The position numbers were made by a program, and so were the translations under genes. Below, one piece after another: positions 40,201-52,728 of a stretch of 64,000 nucleotides of DNA. Location: the NCBI GenBank assembly GCA_964016885.1, contig OZ024757.1, positions 42,904,001 through 42,968,000 of the forward strand, written 5' to 3'. Within the stretch, counting starts at the first letter, position 1; every line of letters starts with the position of its first letter. Origin of the DNA: Eledone cirrhosa (taxonomy: Eukaryota). Below the pieces are notes generated by a model that was not told the DNA's origin, searched no databases, and saw only the letters and a list, made by a program, of their open reading frames with translations.

Positions 40201-43200
40201 CCGTAGTGCGCATGCACCAAGGCCGCCGGACCGTTGTGCGCATGCGCAAAGAACGATGGCCATCTTAGTGAGCATGCGCCAAGGCCGCCGGTACGTACTG
40301 CGCATGCGCTAAGGCCGCCGGACCTTACTGCGCATGCGCCAAGGCCACTGGACAGTACTGCGCATGCGTCAAGGCCACCAGAACGTAGTGCGCATGCGCC
40401 AAGGCCGCCGTACCGTTGTGCGCATGCGCAAAGACCGCTGGCCCTTAGTGCGCATGCGCCATGGCCGCCGGACCTTACTGCGCATGCGCCAAGGCCACTG
40501 GACTGTAGTGCGCATGCCCCAAGGCCACTGGACAGTACTGCGCATGCGTCAAGGCCACCGGGCCGTAGTGCGCATGCGCCAAGGCCGCCGTACCGTTGTG
40601 CGCATGCGCCAAGGCCGCTGGACCGTACTGCGCATGCGCAAAGGCCACCGGAACGTAGTGCGCATGCGCCAAGGCCGCCGGAACGTAGTGCGCATGCGCC
40701 AAGGCCGCCGGACCGTAGTGCGCATGCGCCAAGACTGACAGACCATAGTGCGCATGCGCCAAAGCCGCCGGACCTTACTGCGCATGCGCCAAGGCCACTG
40801 GAGCGTACTGCGCATGCGCCAAGGCCACCGGAAAGTAGTGCGCATGCGCCAAGGGCGCCGGACCGTAGTGCGCATGCGCCAAGGCTGCCAGACCGTAGTG
40901 CGCATGCGCCAAGGCCGCCAGACCGTAGTGCGCATGCTCCAAGACCGCCGGATCTTACTGCGCATGCCCCAAGGCCGTCGGACCGTAGTGCGCATGTGCC
41001 AAGGCCGCCAGACCGTAGTGCGCATGCGCCAAGGCCGCCGAACCGTACTGCGCATGCGCCAAGGCCGCCGGACCTTTGTGCGCATGCGGTTCGGCGGCCT
41101 TGGCGCATGCGCACTACGGTCCGGCGACCTTCCCGCATGCGCACTACGTTCCGGCGGCTTTGGCGCATGCGCACTACGGTCTGGCAGCCTTGGCGCATGC
41201 GCACTACGGTCCGGCGGCCTTGGCGCATGCGCACTACGTTCCGGTGGCTCTGGCGCATGCGCACTACGGTTCGGCGGCTCTGGCGCATGCGCACTACGGT
41301 CCGGCGGTCTTGGTGCATGCGCAGTACGGTACTGCGGACTTGGCGCATGCGCAGTACGGTCAGGCGGCTTTGGCCCATGCGCAGTACTGTCCAGTGGCCT
41401 TGGCGCATGCGCAGTAAGGTCCGGCGGCCTTAGCGCATGCGCAGTACGTTCCGGCGGCCTTGGCGCATGCGCACTACGGTTCGGCGGCTCTGGCGCATGC
41501 GCACTACGGTCCGGCGGTCTTGGTGCATGCGCAGTACGGTACTGCGGACTTGGCGCATGCGCAGTACGGTCAGGCGGCTTTGGCCCATGCGCACTACGGT
41601 CCGGCGGGCTTGGCGCATGCGCAGTATGGTCCGGCGACCTTGACGCATGCGCACTACGGTTCGGCGGCTCTGGCGCATGCGCACTGCGGTCCGGCGGCCT
41701 TGGCGCATGCGCAGTACGGTCCGGCGGCCTTAGCGCATGCGCAGTTCGGTACTGGGACCTTGACGCATGCGCAGTACAGTCAGGCGGCCTTGGCGCATGC
41801 GCACTACGGTCCGGCGGCCTTGGCGCATGCGCAGTACGGTCCGGCGGCCTTAACGCATGCGCAGTTCGGTACTGCGACCTTGACGCATGCGCAGTACAGT
41901 CAGGCGGCCTTGGCGCATGCGCATTACGATCCGGCGGCCTTAGCGCATGCGCAGTTAAGTACTGCGACCTTGACGCATGCGCAGTACAGTCAGGTGGCCT
42001 TGGCGCATGCGCACTACGGGCCCGCGTCTTTGGCGCATGCGCACTACGGTCCGGCGGCCTTGGCGCATGCGCAGTATGGTCCGGCGGCCTTGGCGCATGC
42101 GCACTACGGTTCGGCGGCTCTGGCGCATGCGCACTACGGTCCGGCGGTCTTGGTGCATGCGCAGTACGGTACTGGGACTTTGATGCATGCGCAGTACAGT
42201 CAGGCGGCCTTGGCGCATGCGCACTACGGTCCGGCGGCCTTGGCGCATGCGCAGTACGGTGCGCAAAGAACGATGGCCCTTAGTGCGCATGCGCCAAGGC
42301 CGCCGGAACGTACTGCGCATGCGCTAAGGCCGCCGGACCTTACTGCGCATGCGCCAAGGCCACTGGACAGTACTACGCATGCGTCAAGGCCACCGGAACG
42401 TAGTGCGCATGCGCCAAGGTTGCCGTACCATTGTGCGCATGCGCAAAGACCGCTGGCCCTTAGTGCGCATGCGCCATGGCCGCCGGACCTTACTGCGCAT
42501 GCGCTAAGACCGCCGGGCCTTACTGCGCATGCGCCAAGGCCACTGGACTGTATTGTGCAGGCGCCAAGGCCAGCAGGACGTAGTGCGCATGCGCCAAGGC
42601 CATCGGACCGTAGTGCGCATGCGCCAAGTCTGCCAGACCGTAGTGCGCATGCGCCAAAGCCACCGGACCGTACTGCGCATGTGCCAAGGCCACCGGAACG
42701 TAGTGCGCATGCGGCAAGGTCGCCGGACCGTAGTGCGCATGCGCCAAGACCGCCGGACCGTGGTGCGCCAAGGCCGCCAGACCGTAGTGCGCATGCGCCA
42801 AGGTCGCCGGGCCGTACTGCGCATGCGCCAAGGCCGCCGGGCTGTAGTGCGCATGCCCCAATGCTGCTAGACCGTAGTGCGCATGCACCAAAGCCGCCGG
42901 ACCGTAGTGCGCATGCGCCAAGGCTGCCGGACCGTAGTGCGCATGCACCAAGGCCGCCGGACCGTTGTGCGCATGCGCAAAGAACGATGGCCCTTAGTGC
43001 GCATGCGCCAAGGCCGCCGGAACGTACTGCGCATGCGCTAAGGCCGCCGGACCTTACTGCGCATGCGCCAAGGCCACTGGACAGTACTGCGCATGCGTCA
43101 AGGCCACCGGAACGTAGTGCGCATGCGCCAAGGCCGCCGTACCGTTGTGCGCATGCGCAAAGACCGCTGGCCCTTAGTGCGCATGCGCCATGGCCGCCGG

Positions 43201-44431
43201 ACCTTACTGCGCATGCGCTAAGGCCGCCGGACCTTACTGCGCATGCGCCAAGGCCACTGGACTGTAGTGCGCATGCCCCACGGCCACTGGACAGTACTGC
43301 GCATGCGTCAAGGCCACCGGAACGTAGTGCGCATGCGCCAAGGCCGCCGTACCTTTGTGCGCATGCGCCAAGGCCGCTGGACCGTACTGCGCATGCGCCA
43401 AGGCCGCCGGAACGTAGTGCGCATGCGCCAAGGCCGCCGGACCGTAGTGCGCATGCGCCAAGGCTGCCAGACCGTAGTGCGCATGCGCCAAAGCCGCCGG
43501 ACCGTACTGCGCATGTGCCAAGGCCACCGGAACGTAGTGCGCATGCGGGAAGGTCGCCGGACCGTAGTGCGCATGCGCCAAGGCCGCCGAACCGCATGCG
43601 CACAAAGGTCCGGCAGCCTTGGCGCATGCGCAGTACGGTTCGGCGGCCTTGGCGCATGCGCACTACGGTCTGGCGGCCTTGGCACATGCGCACTACGGTC
43701 CGACGGCCTTGGGGCATGCGCAGTAAGATCCGGCGGTCTTGGAGCATGCGCACTACGGTCTGGCGGCCTTGGCACATGCGCACTACTGTCCGACGGCCTT
43801 GGGGCATGCGCAGTACGATCCGGCGGTCTTGGATCATGCGCAGTACCGTCCCGTGGCCTTGGCGCATGCGCACTACGGTCCAGCTGCTTTGGCGCATGCG
43901 CAGTACGGTTCGGCGGCCTTAGCGCATGCGCACTACGGTCCGGAGGGCTTGGCGCATGCGCAGTATGGTCCGGCGACCTTGACGCAGGCGCACTACGGTT
44001 CGGCGGCTCTGGCGCATGCGCACTGCGGTCCGGCGGCCTTGGCGCATGCGCAGTACGGTCCGGCGGCCTTAGCGCATGCGCAGTTCGGTACTGGGACCTT
44101 GACGCATGCGCAGTACAGTCAGTCGGTCTTGGCGCATGCGCACTATGGTCCGGCGGCCTTGGCGCATGCGCAGTACGGTTCGGCGGCTTTGGCGCATGCG
44201 CACTACGGTCCGGCGGCCTTGGCACATGCGCAGTACGGTCCGGCGGCCTTAACGCATGCGTAGTTCGGTACTGCGACCTTGACGCATGCGCAGTACAGTC
44301 AGGCGGCCTTGGCGCATGCGCAGTACGGTCCGGCGGCCTTAGCGCATGCGCAGTTCGGTACTGCGACCTTGACGCATGCGCAGTACAGTCAGGTGGCCTT
44401 GGCGCATGCGCAGTACGGTCCGGCGGCCTTG

Positions 44432-44486
44432 AAAATGGTTAAACTGCATCATAAATTACTAAAATAACTCAAAATGGCTAAATATG
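44432..44486 (-). repeat. AT-rich island, 55-bp class (reverse complement)
   Basis: AAAATGGTTAAACTGCATCATAAATTACTAAAATAACTCAAAATGGCTAAATATG; still at an F-to-R switch. Confidence 0.92.
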
Positions 44487-47400
44487 GACTGTACTGCGCA
44501 TGCGCCAAGTCCACCAGGACGTAGTGCGCATGCGCCAAGGCCATCGGACCGTAGTGCGCATGCGCCAAGTCTGCCAGACCGTAGTGCGCATGCGCCAAAG
44601 CCACCGAACCGTACTGCGCATGTGCCAAGGCCACCGGAACGTAGTGCGCATGCGGCAAGGTCGCCGGACCGTAGTGCGCATGCGCCAAGACCGACGGACC
44701 GTAGTGCGCGTGCGCCAAGGCCGCCAGACCGTAGTGCGCATGCGCCAAGGTCGCCGGGCCGTACTGCGCATGCGCCAAGGCCGCCGGGCTGTAGTGCGCA
44801 TGCCCCAATGCTGCTAGACCGTAGTGCGCATGCACCAAAGCCACCGGACCGTAGTGCGCATGCGCCAAGGCTGCCGGACCGTAGTGCGCATGCACCAAGG
44901 CCGCCGGACCGTTGTGCGCATGCGCAAAGAACGATGGCCATCTTAGTGAGCATGCGCCAAGGCCGCCGGAACGTACTGCGCATGCGCTAAGGCCGCCGGA
45001 CCTTACTGCGCATGCGCCAAGGCCACTGGACAGTACTGCGCATGCGTCAAGGCCACCAGAACGTAGTGCGCATGCGCCAAGGCCGCCGTACCGTTGTGCG
45101 CATGCGCAAAGACCGCTGGCCCTTAGTGCGCATGCGCCATGGCCGCCGGACCTTACTGCGCATGCGCCAAGGCCACTGGACTGTCGTGCGCATGCCCCAA
45201 GGCCACTGGACAGTACTGCGCATGCGTCAAGGCCACCGGGCCGTAGTGCGCATGCGCCAAGGCCGCCGTACCGTTGTGCGCATGCGCCAAGGCCGCTGGA
45301 CCGTACTGCGCATGCGCAAAGGCCACCGGAACGTAGTGCGCATGCGCCAAGGCCGCCGGAACGTAGTGCGCATGCGCCAAGGCCGCCGGACCGTAGTGCG
45401 CATGCGCCAAGACTGACAGACCATAGTGCGCATGCGCCAAAGCCGCCGGACCTTACTGCGCATGCGCCAAGGCCACTGGAGCGTACTGCGCATGCGCCAA
45501 GGCCACCGGAAAGTAGTGCGCATGCGCCAAGGGCGCCGGACCGTAGTGCGCATGCGCCAAGGCTGCCAGACCGTAGTGCGCATGCGCCAAGGCCGCCAGA
45601 CCGTAGTGCGCATGCTCCAAGACCGCCGGATCCTACTGCGCATGCCCCAAGGCCGTCGGACCGTAGTGCGCATGTGCCAAGGCCGCCAGACCGTAGTGCG
45701 CATGCGCCAAGGCCGCCGAACCGTACTGCGCATGCGCCAAGGCCGCCGGACCTTTGTGCGCATGCGGTTCGGCGGCCTTGGCGCATGCGCACTACGGTCC
45801 GGCGAGCTTCCCGCATGCGCACTACGTTCCGGCGGCTTTGGCGCATGCGCCCTACGGTCTGGCAGCCTTGGCGCATGCGCACTACGGTCCGGCGGCCTTG
45901 GCGCATGCGCACTACGTTCCGGTGGCCTTGGCGCATGCGCAGTACGCTCCAGTGGCCTTGGCGCATGCGCAGTAAGGTCCGGCGGCTTTGGCGCATGCGT
46001 ACTATGGTCTGTCAGTCTTGGCGCATGCGCACTACGGTCCGGCGGCCTTGGCGCATGCGCACTACGTTCCGGCGGCCTTGGCGCATGCGCACTACGTTCC
46101 GGTGGCCTTTGCGCATGCGCAGTACGGTCCAGCGGCCTTGGCGCATGCGCACAACGGTACGGCGGCCTTGGCGCATGCGCACTACGTTCCGGTGGCCTTG
46201 ACGCATGCGCAGTACTGTCCAGTGGCCTTGGGGCATGCGCACTACAGTCCGGTGGCCTTGGCGCATGCGCAGTAAGGTCCGGCGGCCATGGCGCATGCGC
46301 ACTAAGGGCCAGCGGTCTTTGCGCATGCGCACAACGGTACAGCGGCCTTGGCGCATGCGCACTACGTTCTGGTGGCCTTGACGCATGCGCAGTACTGTCC
46401 AGTGGCCTTGGCGCATGCGCAGTAAGGTCCGGCGGCCTTAGCGCATGCGCAGTACGTTCCGGCGGCCTTGGCGCATGCGCACTACGGTTCGGCGGCTCTG
46501 GCGCATGCGCACTACGGTCCGGCGGTCTTGGTGCATGCGCAGTAAGGTACTGCGGACTTGGCGCATGCGCAGTACGGTCAGGCGGCTTTGGCCCATGCGC
46601 ACTACGGTCCGGCGGGCTTGGCGCATGCGCAGTATGGTCCGGCGACCTTGACGCATGCGCACTACGGTTCGGCGGCTCTGGCGCATGCGCACTGCGGTCC
46701 GGCGGCCTTGGCGCATGCGCAGTACGGTCCGGCGGCCTTAGCGCATGCGCAGTTCGGTACTGGGACCTTGACGCATGCGCAGTACAGTCAGGCGGCCTTG
46801 GCGCATGCGCACTACGGTCCGGCGGCCTTGGCGCATGCGCAGTACGGTCCGGCGGCCTTAACGCATGCGCAGTTCGGTACTGCGACCTTGACGCATGCGC
46901 AGTACAGTCAGGCGGCCTTGGCGCATGCGCATTACGATCCGGCGGCCTTAGCGCATGCGCAGTTAAGTACTGCGACCTTGACGCATGCGCAGTACAGTCA
47001 GGTGGCCTTGGCGCATGCGCACTACGGGCCCGCGTCTTTGGCGCATGCGCACTACGGTCCGGCGGCCTTGGCGCATGCGCAGTATGGTCCGGCGGCCTTG
47101 GCGCATGCGCACTACGGTTCGGCGGCTCTGGCGCATGCGCACTACGGTCCGGCGGTCTTGGTGCATGCGCAGTACGGTACTGGGACTTTGATGCATGCGC
47201 AGTACAGTCAGGCGGCCTTGGCGCATGCGCACTACGGTCCGGCGGCCTTGGCGCATGCGCAGTACGGTGCGCAAAGAACGATGGCCCTTAGTGCGCATGC
47301 GCCAAGGCCGCCGGAACGTACTGCGCATGCGCTAAGGCCGCCGGACCTTACTGCGCATGCGCCAAGGCCACTGGACAGTACTGCGCATGCGTCAAGGCCA

Positions 47401-49079
47401 CCGGAACGTAGTGCGCATGCGCCAAGGTTGCCGTACCATTGTGCGCATGCGCAAAGACCGCTGGCCCTTAGTGCGCATGCGCCATGGCCGCCAGACCTTA
47501 CTGCGCATGCGCTAAGGCCGCCGGGCCTTACTGCGCATGCGCCAAGGCCACTGGACTGTATTGTACAGGCGCCAAGGCCAGCAGGACGTAGTGCGCATGC
47601 GCCAAGGCCATCGGACCGTAGTGCGCATGCGCCAAAGCCACCGGACCGTACTGCGCATGTGCCAAGGCCACCGGAACGTAGTGCGCATGCGGCAAGGTCG
47701 CCGGACCGTAGTGCGCATGCGCCAAGACCGCCGGACCGTGGTGCGCCAAGGCCGCCAGACCGTAGTGCGCATGCGCCAAGGTCGCCGGGCCGTACTGCGC
47801 ATGCGCCAAGGCCGCCGGGCTGTAGTGCGCATGCCCCAATGCTGCTAGACCGTAGTGCGCATGCACCAAAGCCGCCGGACCGTAGTGCGCATGCGCCAAG
47901 GCTGCCGGACCGTAGTGCGCATGCACCAAGGCCGCCGGACCGTTGTGCGCATGCGCAAAGAACGATGGCCCTTAGTGCGCATGCGCCAAGGCCGCCGGAA
48001 CGTACTGCGCATGCGCTAAGGCCGCCGGACCTTACTGCGCATGCGCCAAGGCCACTGGACAGTACTGCGCATGCGCCAAGGCCGCCGGAACGTAGTGCGC
48101 ATGCGCCAAGGCCGCCGGACCGTAGTGCGCATGCGCCAAGGCTGCCAGACCGTAGTGCGCATGCGCCAAAGCCGCCGGACCGTACTGCGCATGTGCCAAG
48201 GCCACCGGAACGTAGTGCGCATGCGGGAAGGTCGCCGGACCGTAGTGCGCATGCGCCAAGGCCGCCGAACCGCATGCGCACAAAGGTCCGGCAGCCTTGG
48301 CGCATGCGCAGTACGGTTCGGCGGCCTTGGCGCATGCGCACTACGGTCTGGCGGCCTTGGCACATGCGCACTACGGTCCGACGGCCTTGGGGCATGCGCA
48401 GTAAGATCCGGCGGTCTTGGAGCATGCGCACTACTGTCCGACGGCCTTGGGGCATGCGCAGTACGATCCGGCGGTCTTGGATCATGCGCAGTACCGTCCC
48501 GTGGCCTTGGCGCATGCGCACTACGGTCCAGCTGCTTTGGCGCATGCGCAGTACGGTTCGGCGGCCTTAGCGCATGCGCACTACGGTCCGGAGGGCTTGG
48601 CGCATGCGCAGTATGGTCCGGCGACCTTGACGCAGGCGCACTACGGTTCGGCGGCTCTGGCGCATGCGCACTGCGGTCCGGCGGCCTTGGCGCATGTGCA
48701 GTACGGTCCGGCGGCCTTAGCGCATGCGCAGTTCGGTACTGGGACCTTGACGCATGCGCAGTACAGTCAGTCGGTCTTGGCGCATGCGCACTATGGTCCG
48801 GCGGCCTTGGCGCATGCGCAGTACGGTTCGGCGGCTTTGGCGCATGCGCACTACGGTCCGGCGGCCTTGGCACATGCGCAGTACGGTCCGGCGGCCTTAA
48901 CGCATGCGTAGTTCGGTACTGCGACCTTGACGCATGCGCAGTACAGTCAGGCGGCCTTGGCGCATGCGCAGTACGGTCCGGCGGCCTTAGCGCATGCGCA
49001 GTTCGGTACTGCGACCTTGACGCATGCGCAGTACAGTCAGGTGGCCTTGGCGCATGCGCAGTACGGTCCGGCGGCCTTG

Positions 49080-49134
49080 AAAATGGTTAAACTGCATCAT
49101 AAATTACTAAAATAACTCAAAATGGCTAAATATG
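49080..49134 (-). repeat. AT-rich island, 55-bp class (reverse complement)
   Basis: Copy of 44432-44486. Confidence 0.92.
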
Positions 49135-52100
49135 GACTGTACTGCGCATGCGCCAAGTCCACCAGGACGTAGTGCGCATGCGCCAAGGCCATCGGACCGT
49201 AGTGCGCATGCGCCAAGTCTGCCAGACCGTAGTGCGCATGCGCCAAAGCCACCGGACCGTACTGCGCATGTGCCAAGGCCACCGGAACGTAGTGCGCATG
49301 CGGCAAGGTCGCCGGACCGTAGTGCGCATGCGCCAAGACCGCCGGACCGTAGTGCGCGTGCGCCAAGGCCGCCAGACCGTAGTGCGCATGCGCCAAGGTC
49401 GCCGGGCCGTACTGCGCATGCGCCAAGGCCGCCGGGCTGTAGTGCGCATGCCCCAATGCTGCTAGACCGTAGTGCGCATGCACCAAAGCCACCGGACCGT
49501 AGTGCGCATGCGCCAAGGCTGCCGGACCGTAGTGCGCATGCACCAAGGCCGCCGGACCGTTGTGCGCATGCGCAAAGAACGATGGCCATCTTAGTGAGCA
49601 TGCGCCAAGGCCGCCGGAACGTACTGCGCATGCGCTAAGGCCGCCGGACCTTACTGCGCATGCGCCAAGGCCACTGGACAGTACTGCGCATGCGTCAAGG
49701 CCACCAGAACGTAGTGCGCATGCGCCAAGGCCGCCGTACCGTTGTGCGCATGCGCAAATACCGCTGGCCCTTAGTGCGCATGCGCCATGGCCGCCGGACC
49801 TTACTGCGCATGCGCCAAGGCCACTGGACTGTAGTGCGCATGCCCCAAGGCCACTGGACAGTACTGCGCATGCGTCAAGGCCACCGGGCCGTAGTGCCCA
49901 TGCGCCAAGGCCGCCGTACCGTTGTGCGCATGCGCCAAGGCCGCTGGACCGTACTGCGCATGCGCAAAGGCCACCGGAACGTAGTGCGCATGCGCCAAGG
50001 CCGCCGGAACGTAGTGCGCATGCGCCAAGGCCGCCGGACCGTAGTGCGCATGCGCCAAGACTGACAGACCATAGTGCGCATGCGCCAAAGCCGCCAGACC
50101 TTACTGCGCATGCGCCAAGGCCACTGGAGCGTACTGCGCATGCGCCAAGGCCACCGGAAAGTAGTGCGCATGCGCCAAGGGCGCCGGACCGTAGTGCGCA
50201 TGCGCCAAGGCTGCCAGACCGTAGTGCGCATGCGCCAAGGCCGCCAGACCGTAGTGCGCATGCTCCAAGACCGCCGGATCTTACTGCGCATGCCCCAAGG
50301 CCGTCGGACCGTAGTGCGCATGTGCCAAGGCCGCCAGACCGTAGTGCTCATGCGCCAAGGCCGCCGAACCGTACTGCGCATGCGCCAAGGCCGCCGGACC
50401 TTTGTGCGCATGCGGTTCGGCGGCCTTGGCGCATGCGCACTACGGTCCGGCGACCTTCCCGCATGCGCACTACGTTCCGGCGGCTTTGGCGCATGCGCAC
50501 TACGGTCTGGCAGCCTTGGCGCATGCGCACTACGGTCCGGCGGCCTTGGCGCATGCGCACTACGTTCCGGTGGCCTTGGCGCATGCGCAGTACGCTCCAG
50601 TGACCTTACTGCGCATGCGCCAAGGCCACTGGACAGTACTGCGCATGCGTCAAGGCCACCGGAACGTAGTGCGCATGCGCCAAGGTTGCCGTACCATTGT
50701 GCGCATGCGCAAAGACCGCTGGCCCTTAGTGCGCATGCGCCATGGCCGCCGGACCTTACTGCGCATGCGCTAAGGCCGCCGGGCCTTACTGCGCATGCGC
50801 CAAGGCCACTGGACTGTATTGTGCAGGCGCCAAGGCCAGCAGGACGTAGTGCGCATGCGCCAAGGCCATCGGACCGTAGTGCGCATGCGCCAAGTCTGCC
50901 AGACCGTAGTGCGCATGCGCCAAAGCCACCGGACCGTACTGCGCATGTGCCAAGGCCACCGGAACGTAGTGCGCATGCGGCAAGGTCGCCGGACCGTAGT
51001 GCGCATGCGCCAAGACCGCCGGACCGTGGTGCGCGTGCGCCAAGGCCGCCAGACCGTAGTGCGCATGCGCCAAGGTCGCCGGGCCGTACTGCGCATGCGC
51101 CAAGGCCGCCGGGCTGTAGTGCGCATGCCCCAATGCTGCTAGACCGTAGTGCGCATGCACCAAAGCCGCCGGACCGTAGTGCGCATGCGCCAAGGCTGCC
51201 GGACCGTAGTGCGCATGCACCAAGGCCGCCGGACCGTTGTGCGCATGCGCAAAGAACGATGGCCCTTAGTGCGCATGCGCCAAGGCCGCCGGAACGTACT
51301 GCGCATGCGCTAAGGCCGCCGGACCTTACTGCGCATGCGCCAAGGCCACTGGACAGTACTGCGCATGCGTCAAGGCCACCGGAACGTAGTGCGCATGCGC
51401 CAAGGCCGCCGTACCGTTGTGCGCATGCGCAAAGACCGCTGGCCCTTAGTGCGCATGCGCCATGGCCGCCGGACCTTACTGCGCATGCGCTAAGGCCGCC
51501 GGACCTTACTGCGCATGCGCCAAGGCCACTGGACTGTAGTGCGCATGCCCCACGGCCACTGGACAGTACTGCGCATGCGTCAAGGCCACCGGAACGTAGT
51601 GCGCATGCGCCAAGGCCGCCGTACCTTTGTGCGCATGCGCCAAGGCCGCTGGACCGTACTGCGCATGCGCCAAGGCCGCCGGAACGTAGTGCGCATGCGC
51701 CAAGGCCGCCGGACCGTAGTGCGCATGCGCCAAGGCTGCCAGACCGTAGTGCGCATGCGCCAAAGCCGCCGGACCGTACTGCGCATGTGCCAAGGCCACC
51801 GGAACGTAGTGCGCATGCGGGAAGGTCGCCGGACCGTAGTGCGCATGCGCCAAGGCCGCCGAACCGCATGCGCACAAAGGTCCGGCAGCCTTGGCGCATG
51901 CGCAGTACGGTTCGGCGGCCTTGGCACATGCGCACTACGGTCCGACGGCCTTGGGGCATGCGCAGTAAGATCCGGCGGTCTTGGAGCATGCGCACTACGG
52001 TCTGGCGGCCTTGGCACATGCGCACTACTGTCCGACGGCCTTGGGGCATGCGCAGTACGATCCGGCGGTCTTGGATCATGCGCAGTACCGTCCCGTGGCC

Positions 52101-52673
52101 TTGGCGCATGCGCACTACGGTCCAGCTGCTTTGGCGCATGCGCAGTACGGTTCGGCGGCCTTAGCGCATGCGCACTACGGTCCGGAGGGCTTGGCGCATG
52201 CGCAGTATGGTCCGGCGACCTTGACGCAGGCGCACTACGGTTCGGCGGCTCTGGCGCATGCGCACTGCGGTCCGGCGGCCTTGGCGCATGTGCAGTACGG
52301 TCCGGCGGCCTTAGCGCATGCGCAGTTCGGTACTGGGACCTTGACGCATGCGCAGTACAGTCAGTCGGTCTTGGCGCATGCGCACTATGGTCCGGCGGCC
52401 TTGGCGCATGCGCAGTACGGTTCGGCGGCTTTGGCGCATGCGCACTACGGTCCGGCGGCCTTGGCACATGCGCAGTACGGTCCGGCGGCCTTAACGCATG
52501 CGTAGTTCGGTACTGCGACCTTGACGCATGCGCAGTACAGTCAGGCGGCCTTGGCGCATGCGCAGTACGGTCCGGCGGCCTTAGCGCATGCGCAGTTCGG
52601 TACTGCGACCTTGACGCATGCGCAGTACAGTCAGGTGGCCTTGGCGCATGCGCAGTACGGTCCGGCGGCCTTG

Positions 52674-52728
52674 AAAATGGTTAAACTGCATCATAAATTA
52701 CTAAAATAACTCAAAATGGCTAAATATG
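52674..52728 (-). repeat. AT-rich island, 55-bp class (reverse complement)
   Basis: Copy of 49080-49134 at offset 3594. Confidence 0.92.

Larger units (their letters stand above)
28690..47625. repeat. Large inverted duplication: arms ~28690-33550 and ~42765-47625 (~4.9 kb each), spacer ~9.2 kb
   Basis: Landmarks mirror with constant coordinate sum 76314: J2 29047/47267, J1 30549/45765, island 31828-31882/44432-44486, J1 32721/43593. ORF pairs 29023..30888(-)/45426..47291(+) and 31872..33071(-)/43243..44442(+) agree. Confidence 0.85.
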
